Shown one piece after another: positions 28,794 through 36,515 of a stretch of DNA of 64,000 nucleotides. Under the pieces are notes generated by a model that was not told the DNA's origin, did no database searches, and saw only the letters and a program-made list of their open reading frames with translations. Position 1 is the stretch's first letter, and each line of letters begins with the position of its first letter. The translations under genes were made by a program, and so were the position numbers. The DNA is taken from the NCBI GenBank assembly GCA_963735035.1, contig CAVTJJ010000002.1:64001-128000 (forward strand), given 5' to 3'. The stretch comes from an uncultured candidate division Zixibacteria bacterium (GTDB lineage Bacteria > Zixibacteria > MSB-5A5 > GN15 > FEB-12).

Positions 28794-29669
28794 CTACTGA
28801 TACAGACGAATATTAATGGTTGAGTCAGGGTCGATTGGCCCTATCTGCACGGGAACACCAGCCAGCGCCGACACAAGGTCGGACCTGGTCTTCTGGGTAA
28901 CGACCACTTTCACTGAATCGAAATCAGTGCGGCCGTCGAGTTCGACCACCCGAATTGAGAGTTGCTTGCCCTCGGTGCGGCCCTCGAACCTGATCTCGAT
29001 TCGGTCGTGACGGTCAGTCTCAAGAGTGAGTTCCGTGGCGTATTGCACTTTGTCCGGGTCATACGCGAGCGGCTCCAGCGCGAAGACCGCCTCGGGCATC
29101 TTGATCTGCCATTTGAGCTTTTCGAGATTCTCCGTCGCGCCAAGGTCTATGTCCGTGCGACCGTCAGCATCGGTAATGAACTCCTTCCCCAGTTCCGGTA
29201 ACCGTACCATTACATGGGCGATATGGCGGATATCCTCGGCCTGCACTTGAAGGTAATCAGAACCCTTGCTCGTATTGCGCATGACCTGCACTACGATTTC
29301 GGGGTTCTCCGAATAGAGCGTAGCGATCCTGCAAATAGCGGGCTGCTTCTCCGGAGTCCCATCGGCAGCGAGATAGGAGACAGACGGGCGCAATGTGATG
29401 AGCGGTTTGAGGTCGACTATGCTGCCCCGCATGGCTGACTCGTAAAGTGAGTCGCGTAGGGTCAGAAAGCTCTCGGGAAGCGGTTCTGTGGCGCCTGATT
29501 CAGTCGGTATTATGGCATGTTTGTAGTTGTAACAGAATTCTACGCAGAACTCGCAAACTTCAAAGTGTCGGGAAATTTCTTCCCGGCGCGCCGAGTCTAA
29601 CACGGTGTCGTTCAGGTAGTCAATCAAGTCATCCCTTGACGGGTGCATACTACGCCCTTCCTCATTCAT
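28794..29669 (-). CDS. Soluble zf-HC2 (ZAS) anti-sigma-like protein
   Basis: HPSRDDLIDYL...HFEVCEFC (H...HxxxCxxC); no TM; stop abuts the next ATG. Confidence 0.75.
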   Translation of the reverse strand: MNEEGRSMHPSRDDLIDYLNDTVLDSARREEISRHFEVCEFCVEFCYNYKHAIIPTESGATEPLPESFLTLRDSLYESAMRGSIVDLKPLITLRPSVSYLAADGTPEKQPAICRIATLYSENPEIVVQVMRNTSKGSDYLQVQAEDIRHIAHVMVRLPELGKEFITDADGRTDIDLGATENLEKLKWQIKMPEAVFALEPLAYDPDKVQYATELTLETDRHDRIEIRFEGRTEGKQLSIRVVELDGRTDFDSVKVVVTQKTRSDLVSALAGVPVQIGPIDPDSTINIRLYQ

Positions 29670-30756
29670 CTGGTATATAGTCTCCAAGCGACCAGATTGT
29701 AGAATCTTCTCTGAGCCTCCGACGGACTTCTTCTAAAGCCTTGCGGGTGACAGAGTCCATAATATTCTTGACCCGGAGCTGGTATTCCTTCTGGTCAACC
29801 TCCGACCGGAAGTGAAAGAAATATGACGGAATCGAGTCAGCTTCGCCGCAGAGGCAAAAGTCCCTTAGCCAGTCGTTACATGCCTTGATCATGGCTGCCG
29901 CTTCGTCCGGTGTGATCCGGCCTTTGTGGAGGTATGGGGCTATACCGCCTGTCTCTATCCATGCGGAGACATGGCGGACGGCTTCTACAATCTTCCGCAG
30001 CCGAAGTTCACCCAGGGGACCCGCGGGGCGTTCTTGCACATATTCCAGGGCGTCTACATACTCCGCATTCACGGCTATCATGGTGGAAATAAGTATTGAC
30101 CTTGGGATGGCATTTCGGAAATCGGCTTCCTGATCGAGAAGCTCGAATATCTTATTGCACCAGTCGGAGCGGTTGACCGTTTCAAGGAATGCTGTCAGGA
30201 CCAAGCGTTGCAAGCGGTCATCGGGAATGGCAGAGAGTTCATTTCGCAATTGGTATTGGTTAGCCGATAGATAAATGGATTCTCTATGATCGCCCGGCAA
30301 CAGTTTCTGTTGGTAAGTAGGCGATCGCAACACCTCTGCAATGCGCCTCTTCAATAGCGTAATTTCCGGTTCGTAATCGCCGGCGAGCTTTGTCACCTTC
30401 TTCCTGATGAACCCGCGCAACAGGATATGGAAGTGATCCGCCAGATCGCCGGCCTCTGACGCAGTGAAGTCGCTGATTCCGTGCCGTCGGTAGTATTCGA
30501 AGATAATGTCAAAAGGCCTACCCCTACGACTGCTTAGAAAAAAACCTATGACGTCGTTCGTGATGTCGATCAGCGGCTGTTCCGACTGAACTTGATCAAC
30601 AGGCAATCGCCACCCTGCAGATTTCAAGCACCGAAGGTAATGGATAGTTTCACCAACGCAGAGACCAAAGAAATCGTTGAAACAGTTCCGACTCAGCGGA
30701 GACAACAGAAATCTGCGGACAATCTCTGCCTGGTCCTTGTAATCCTGTGCAGTCAA
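29662..30756 (-). CDS. Hypothetical protein, possibly a divergent ECF sigma factor with a large insertion
   Basis: Overlaps the anti-sigma-like gene; sigma2-like helical N-terminus (IDITNDVIGFF...FHILLRGFIRKKV), C-terminal RKALEEVRRRL. Confidence 0.5.
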   Translation of the reverse strand: MTAQDYKDQAEIVRRFLLSPLSRNCFNDFFGLCVGETIHYLRCLKSAGWRLPVDQVQSEQPLIDITNDVIGFFLSSRRGRPFDIIFEYYRRHGISDFTASEAGDLADHFHILLRGFIRKKVTKLAGDYEPEITLLKRRIAEVLRSPTYQQKLLPGDHRESIYLSANQYQLRNELSAIPDDRLQRLVLTAFLETVNRSDWCNKIFELLDQEADFRNAIPRSILISTMIAVNAEYVDALEYVQERPAGPLGELRLRKIVEAVRHVSAWIETGGIAPYLHKGRITPDEAAAMIKACNDWLRDFCLCGEADSIPSYFFHFRSEVDQKEYQLRVKNIMDSVTRKALEEVRRRLREDSTIWSLGDYIPDE

Positions 30757-31144
30757 TCCTGTACGATACTTTCCCTACGACAGTATTTGTCATCTTAATC
30801 TTGCGCAACGGACTGTAAAGTACGGCAGCTTTGGCCTACTGGCAACGGCTTTCCCCGGACCATTACAAGCTCTTATTGCTGGAACTCTATGACCTTGCCT
30901 ATTTCAGGCTGGCCGTAGGTTGCACCATCCGTTAGAACCTCTATCACGCGTTCATACGAACTTGGAATCAGAGTTGTCACAAATTTATCACACCGGGATA
31001 GACCGGTTCATGGACTCTGATGGCCTACATAACATCAGGAGGCGTCGACACCCACTTTGCGGCGATGGTCACGAGTGGGCCGCAAAATGGAAGCGGCTAT
31101 ACCTGTCGAGGAATAACCGCCTCACACTTAGGTTCTGACCGTTT

Positions 31145-32380
31145 CTACAAACAGTCCGGGAGTCCTAACGACGGACCCGTGATGAACAAATAATCGATCA
31201 AATACGAGATGTCGCCAATCGTGATGTCATCACAAATAGGGGTGATGCCGCCGGACTGGTTTATGTCGGCCGCAAGCAGGCAGGGAATGATACCTGTGCA
31301 TGTGCCGGTGACAAACTTGGCGTCGATCAGCGAAGCAACATCTCCTATAGTGGGCTCCGGATTGCCGTCGCCGTTGACATCACCGACGCGGCCCACACAG
31401 CAACGGGTCGTAAAGCTCCAGACGGTTGAGTTCGCACTCATTCCGCCGGCGTTCGAAGCTGAGACGCGCCAGAAATAGGGTTTGTTGCCGGTGAGCCCGG
31501 TCACAGCCAGAGACGTTGCTGATATATTGCTCTGATTTACAGCCGTGGTGCCAAAGACCGCGTCAACTGACACTTGAACCCGATATGATGTTGCGCCGGG
31601 AGATGAATTCCAAGTCAGCGTCGGGCTGGTGGATACTCCACTTGCTCCACTTGCCGGGCTCGCAAGGGTTGGCGGAGCGGGTGCAAGTATCAGCGTAGCA
31701 CGGTTCACAACGTTTGAGATTGCCGCCCAGTTGGGAACTTCGTCGGCCGCCTTCACCGCAAAATAGTAGGCCGTGCCGGCGTTCAGTCCACTGATCACAA
31801 ATGATTCAGCACTACCGGCAATTTTCGGAGTTGGCGCCGAGGCCGCTTTCGTCGCCGATGCGAAGTTGACTGCTGTGATTGCAGCCAAGGAATAACGAAT
31901 GTCGTACTGGCTGGCCGTACCGACATTGCCGTCATCGCCGGAAGCAGTCCAGGCGAGCGCCACACTGGTGGAAGTTGCGGTTCCGGCTGACAGATTGGCT
32001 ATGGCTGCCGGAGCAATAGTCTCCTGCGTCGTCGACTTCTGAGTGACATTGGATAGCGCCGACCAGTTAGCAGCTTCATCCCCCACTTTCAGCGCGAAGT
32101 AGTACACCGTGTTTGGTGCCAGACCGGTGACAGTGAATGTCTCGACGCTGCCGGAAACCTTCGGGACGGGTAGCCCAGTTGCTTTCGTGGCACTGGCCCA
32201 GTTGGCTTCCGTGATCGTCGAAAGGGAGTACCGGATATCGTAGGTCGTGGCTTGTCCAACATATCCGTCATCTCCCGGCGCCGTCCATTTAAGTGTTACA
32301 GAGGCTGCACTGACTCCAGAGACACCTGACAGAACTGTCATAAGGCAGAAAAGCAGACCAAGGTAATTTCGCATAGACAA
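31145..32380 (-). CDS. Secreted fibronectin type III repeat protein with C-terminal dockerin-like domain
   Basis: Signal peptide; two WTAxGDDG...YDIRYS...YYFA FN3 repeats plus a third FN3; CCVGRVGDVNGDG...TIGDISYLIDYLF. Confidence 0.85.
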   Translation of the reverse strand: MSMRNYLGLLFCLMTVLSGVSGVSAASVTLKWTAPGDDGYVGQATTYDIRYSLSTITEANWASATKATGLPVPKVSGSVETFTVTGLAPNTVYYFALKVGDEAANWSALSNVTQKSTTQETIAPAAIANLSAGTATSTSVALAWTASGDDGNVGTASQYDIRYSLAAITAVNFASATKAASAPTPKIAGSAESFVISGLNAGTAYYFAVKAADEVPNWAAISNVVNRATLILAPAPPTLASPASGASGVSTSPTLTWNSSPGATSYRVQVSVDAVFGTTAVNQSNISATSLAVTGLTGNKPYFWRVSASNAGGMSANSTVWSFTTRCCVGRVGDVNGDGNPEPTIGDVASLIDAKFVTGTCTGIIPCLLAADINQSGGITPICDDITIGDISYLIDYLFITGPSLGLPDCL

Positions 32381-32519
32381 CTAGCTCCTGCGGTAACTCA
32401 CTATACTGTTTGAAGTTGACTTGGCTGGATGGTGGGGTAACGACGGAACGGGGACTGCTTACTTAAGCGCCATTCCATTGGCACCTTGCCTCTCCAGGCA
32501 ACGAGCTTAACCGCTACTC

Positions 32520-32549
32520 TTATACGTGAGCGCTCACGCATAGTCGAAA
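32520..32549 (-). promoter_or_regulatory. Duplicated promoter/operator, copy 1
   Basis: Minus strand TCGACT-17-TATAAG with CGTGA-N4-TCACG palindrome in the spacer. Confidence 0.55.
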
Positions 32550-32967
32550 ATATGCGTAACCGCTCAAGAATAGATGATTGTGGGAGCTTTTCTTTGGAGT
32601 TAGGGATGGGTGGTGCTTAAAAGAAGAGTCCGCTCAGATGGGTTACTTAGGGGGGTAAAAGGGAACGTAACCGACCACTTCGCGGACTCATATAGACGGT
32701 AGGGAGTGGTGGAGGGGGGATGCCCGACAGTTACGTCAGGTGGCTGGAGTTCCAGCACACACCACTCCCCATTAGCTGACCGATCGATGGTCCGGCGCCC
32801 AAGCACCGGACCTTGATATCATAGTCGCCATACGTTCGGCCGAGGGAGGCAGCCGTCGGGTAGTTGCGACGCCACGGAAGATTGATTCTTCCGACGGCTG
32901 CTCATTCGCGGCCTCATATTCTATCTGCCTATCAACGATTGCAGATTAGTGTTTCATAACTCACCTA

Positions 32968-32997
32968 TTATACGTGACCGGTCACGCATAGTCGAAA
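32968..32997 (-). promoter_or_regulatory. Duplicated promoter/operator, copy 2
   Basis: Minus strand TCGACT-17-TATAAT; same as copy 1 except in the centre of the palindrome. Confidence 0.55.
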
Positions 32998-33214
32998 GTA
33001 TCTGTGTGGGTGATCAAGAAATCTCATGAAAGGCTTTCGATGGGTACGGACTTGAACGTCGGAAGACTGGGGAAGCTCGGCTATCGGGTGGGATAGATGC
33101 CTGTCTCGACCCAGTGCAAGTTATTGGTAAACAAATCGATACCCAGTTAGACGAACTGGATAGTGGGATACGGCGGTAGAGTAATAACCCGGAGCACTTA
33201 ATAAGAAAGGCGAT

Positions 33215-33649
33215 CTAATTCGTCTTCTTCGTCTTTTGCCATCTGGCGGTCGCAGCCTTTCGAGCGGCTTCGCTCCGCTCGGCTTTGCTGAGAGTCTTAG
33301 CCCGCGCCCTACCGCCCTTGAGTCCGCCTAACCGGCCGAGTGCGACCGCTGCCGGGTTCTTCGTAGAATTCCCCGAAGCTGGTTCTTCGGGCGATTCTTC
33401 ACTCGCGGGCTCATTAGCTGTTGTGGTCGCCGACTCGCCGGCCTGGTCAGTCGAGCCGGGCTTCTCGGGTGGCTGCTCTTTCGTGCGGTCACTTGGCGCG
33501 GTCGTTGATTTGTCGGTAGAGTTGCCGGAGACGGCATCTTCCACCTGCTGCTCATTCGCGCCCTGATCGGCGTTTGATGATTGCGATTCGTTTTGGCCAA
33601 CGTTCCCCGTGGACGACTGCTTTTCCATGCTCTTACTCATTTGCGGCAT
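33215..33649 (-). CDS. Small disordered protein with C-terminal KNPAAVALGRLGGLKGG...ARW motif
   Basis: Motif recurrent in small basic hypothetical proteins; low-complexity acidic N-terminus. Confidence 0.7.
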   Translation of the reverse strand: MPQMSKSMEKQSSTGNVGQNESQSSNADQGANEQQVEDAVSGNSTDKSTTAPSDRTKEQPPEKPGSTDQAGESATTTANEPASEESPEEPASGNSTKNPAAVALGRLGGLKGGRARAKTLSKAERSEAARKAATARWQKTKKTN

Positions 33650-34013
33650 CGCCGCCTATTGCTGCCGGGCTACCTTTGGTGCGTCACCATCTCTTGAGCT
33701 TATCGCCTTGCTTAACCAGAACATAAGGAGCGGCTACCTGTCTGTCAACAAGTACGAGGGGAACAAGAGTTGACACCAAGTCGATCCACTCTCCCCCCAG
33801 TGTGTCATCGGCAGTGACTACTCCCTCAGTCTCGTCCCTGATTGTTGATATAGCACACACCTCTCTTCGTTCCGACGCTGTGACGCTCCGCAGGTTTGTC
33901 CGGACCAAGGATCATCTATGCCGCATCGAACCATGTGAATTCCCATGTCTTGCGCATGCGAGCGTCCGAATATTCAGCAACCATAACTTGAGGTTATGGT
34001 GCCACTTCTTGAT

Positions 34014-34058
34014 TCGCTCAAGCGATGTAGATCCCTTTTCATCCCTTTGGGTGATGGA
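34014..34058 (+). promoter_or_regulatory. 45-bp repeated upstream motif, copy 1 (putative NarL-family sites plus -35)
   Basis: Reverse complement TCCATCACCCAAAGGGATGAAAAGGGATCTACATCGCTTGAGCGA aligns with four other copies. Confidence 0.55.
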
Positions 34059-34177
34059 CTTGTTGAGGCTCTTTTCGTACCTACGTATAGTACTTGGTAA
34101 GTACATGAAGCCTGTTGTGACGAGCGCTTCGGCGTATCCATGTCCACAGGCAAACTCGACATACAAAGGAGAATCAC

Positions 34178-34735
34178 GTGTTTAGAAAAATCAGTGCTGG
34201 AATCATCCTTGGTGCACTCATCCTGTTGCCTATATCTGCGCGCAGTCAGAGTGTATACCTGGGGCCGCACCTGGGCATTCAGAAATCACCCGGGGCCGAC
34301 AAGCCGAACTATTTAGTTGGGGCAACGCTGCGCTTGAAGCTGTTGCCGGTACTTGGTGTGGAAGGGGATATTGGCTATCGCCAGGAGGAGTTTGGTTCAG
34401 GCGCGGTAACAATCAAGACCTGGCCGGTGACGTTCACCGGGCTGCTGTATCCACTGCCGGTGATCTACGGTGGTATCGGTGGGGGCTGGTATAATTCTAC
34501 CATCGACTACTCGACCCAGTACAACCAGTTGGGTTTTGCCGATGAGACTTCCCGTGATTTCGGCTGGCACCTGGCGGCTGGAATTGAACTGCCGGCGTCG
34601 CCTAATATCAAGATTTTCGGCGATGTACGCTTCGTGTTTCTTGACACCAAGTTACGTGACTTGCCGGGCAACGTGCTGCATGGCGCCAAAGCGAACTTCT
34701 ATTCGATAAACGTCGGGTTGCTGTTCGGCTTGTAG
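34178..34735 (+). CDS. Outer membrane beta-barrel protein
   Basis: Signal peptide, alternating beta strands, C-terminal NVGLLFGL. Confidence 0.8.
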   Translation: MFRKISAGIILGALILLPISARSQSVYLGPHLGIQKSPGADKPNYLVGATLRLKLLPVLGVEGDIGYRQEEFGSGAVTIKTWPVTFTGLLYPLPVIYGGIGGGWYNSTIDYSTQYNQLGFADETSRDFGWHLAAGIELPASPNIKIFGDVRFVFLDTKLRDLPGNVLHGAKANFYSINVGLLFGL

Positions 34736-34930
34736 CCTGGGAGTGCACGCCGGCACCTTTCCGGTCAGATATCAGAATGAAGTAGTCGTCGATAGACTAA
34801 TTGCCTAAGCGCTGCTGACCGGTACACAGATGCACCGGTCGGCAGCGTTTCGGTGGCACACGTGGCGTAGCATTTCCCTTGAAGGCGTTCGCGTACCTTC
34901 GCCGATCCTCACAAAGAGCACAGGTGTTCC

Positions 34931-35599
34931 ATGAATGAATTGACAGATTTTCTCTCCTGGGTTGGCGTTGCGCTTGTGACACTGCTCCCCATCATCAATC
35001 CCGTCAGCACGGCCGTCCTCCTCCTCAGTATCAGCGAGCATCTGAGCAAGAAGGAACGACATCGCCAGGTTGCCTGGGCGTGCATCTACATGACTGCAAT
35101 ACTGGTTATGTTTCTGCTGGCGGGTCACCTGATAATGGTAACGCTCGGCATTTCGATCCCGGGTATTCGCCTAGCGGGGGGAATAGTGATAGGCGTTATG
35201 GGATTCCGAATGCTGTTCCCCGGCGAGAGTCACATAACTACGCAAGGCAAGCTCGAAGCCCGGCAGAAGGCAAACATTTCGTTCAGCCCTCTGGCCATGC
35301 CGAGTCTGAGCGGGCCCGGCTCAATTGCGGTCGTCGTCACAATGTCCTCGACCATCGACGGCAAACACGGCGTTGATCAGGCCGTTGCATATTCCGGTGT
35401 GGTAGTTGCGATTGTTCTCAGTGCCGTCATTTCGTGGCTGGTTCTACGTGGGGCCAGTGTCTTGCCGCGCCTCCTGGGTGTCAGCGGGATCGACAGTCTT
35501 ACGAAAATCATGGGTTTCCTCCTCATTTGCATTGCCGTGCAATTCGCCATTGTGGGCGTGAGGGATCTGGTTGTCGACACCGCATTCTGGTCGGGATAG
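34931..35599 (+). CDS. marC: MarC family membrane protein
   Basis: LLPIINP, ISFSPLAMPSLSGPGSIA, TKIMGFLLICIAVQF. Confidence 0.9.
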   Translation: MNELTDFLSWVGVALVTLLPIINPVSTAVLLLSISEHLSKKERHRQVAWACIYMTAILVMFLLAGHLIMVTLGISIPGIRLAGGIVIGVMGFRMLFPGESHITTQGKLEARQKANISFSPLAMPSLSGPGSIAVVVTMSSTIDGKHGVDQAVAYSGVVVAIVLSAVISWLVLRGASVLPRLLGVSGIDSLTKIMGFLLICIAVQFAIVGVRDLVVDTAFWSG

Positions 35600-35677
35600 A
35601 GATTGTCGACTATCCGTTGCCTTTGCCACCCCGACTCCACCTCGTCTGTCTTTCCAACAGCCACTCGTCCATGGGGC

Positions 35678-35706
35678 AAAAAGAAAGCCGGCCTAATGGC
35701 CGGCTT
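35678..35706 (-). terminator. Rho-independent terminator
   Basis: AAGCCGGCC-TAAT-GGCCGGCTT with an A-tract on the plus strand. Confidence 0.7.
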
Positions 35707-35723
35707 AACTTGCCGGGGACAAA

Positions 35724-36092
35724 TCAATCCGCGAGTTTGCGAAGTACTTCAGTTGCTCCGGTGAGCCGCATCCATCGTTTCTCCGACAGAAGTGTAACCA
35801 AAGCTGCCGCGGGTACGAGTAGATAGAGCGCACCGATCACAATGCCGACGGTCGCCTTTGTCGACGGTTCCCAGGGCATAAAGATGAGCAGTGCCAGAGG
35901 GACCATCACGAGCCCCGCACCAATCAGCGTAATCACAAAGACCAGCACACAGACGAGGATAAGGATGCGGTGAGCGCCTTTGACTCCCTCAAGATAGTAG
36001 ATCGCGGCACGCAGTTTGAGCTTATTGAGAGTCGGCTCGACATAGGTGGACCTGAGCCAGTCGAACATCCCTTGAAACAACGAGTTTATCAT
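35724..36092 (-). CDS. Two-TM membrane protein (YqjE/holin-like partner of DUF883)
   Basis: Two hydrophobic helices; directly downstream of DUF883 gene. Confidence 0.6.
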   Translation of the reverse strand: MINSLFQGMFDWLRSTYVEPTLNKLKLRAAIYYLEGVKGAHRILILVCVLVFVITLIGAGLVMVPLALLIFMPWEPSTKATVGIVIGALYLLVPAAALVTLLSEKRWMRLTGATEVLRKLAD

Positions 36093-36095
36093 TTC

Positions 36096-36425
36096 TCAAT
36101 CCTTGCGCGATTTGCCAAGCAGGAAGCCGAACACCAGCGCCGCCGCGGCCGTCCCGCCGATATAGGCCCACGGGTTCTTGTGAACGCTCTTGTCGATATC
36201 CGTTGCGACATCAACCACTTTCTGCTTACCGGCCTCGTAAGTGGAGGTCGCCCGTTGCTTCAACTGGTCCGTGATCGAGCCAAACACGGACGAGAGATCG
36301 GTATACTTGCCTGCCATTGCGGCTTGAAGCTCCTCTTTCTTATCGCGGGCGGCCGCATTCAGTAGCTCCAGCGCCTCGTTAATTCGCTTGTCGTCAAATC
36401 GGTCCATCTCAGTGTCCTCCATCAT
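36096..36425 (-). CDS. DUF883/ElaB/YqjD family tail-anchored protein
   Basis: VHKNPWAYIGGTAAAALVFGFLLG C-terminal anchor. Confidence 0.85.
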   Translation of the reverse strand: MMEDTEMDRFDDKRINEALELLNAAARDKKEELQAAMAGKYTDLSSVFGSITDQLKQRATSTYEAGKQKVVDVATDIDKSVHKNPWAYIGGTAAAALVFGFLLGKSRKD

Positions 36426-36515
36426 TTATGTGCAATATCAAGTTGCTTCGATATCTCACTTGAGGCGGCGCCGACCCCGGGGTCGCCCGGGGTCTTGCGC
36501 CGTCTCAGATGTGAG

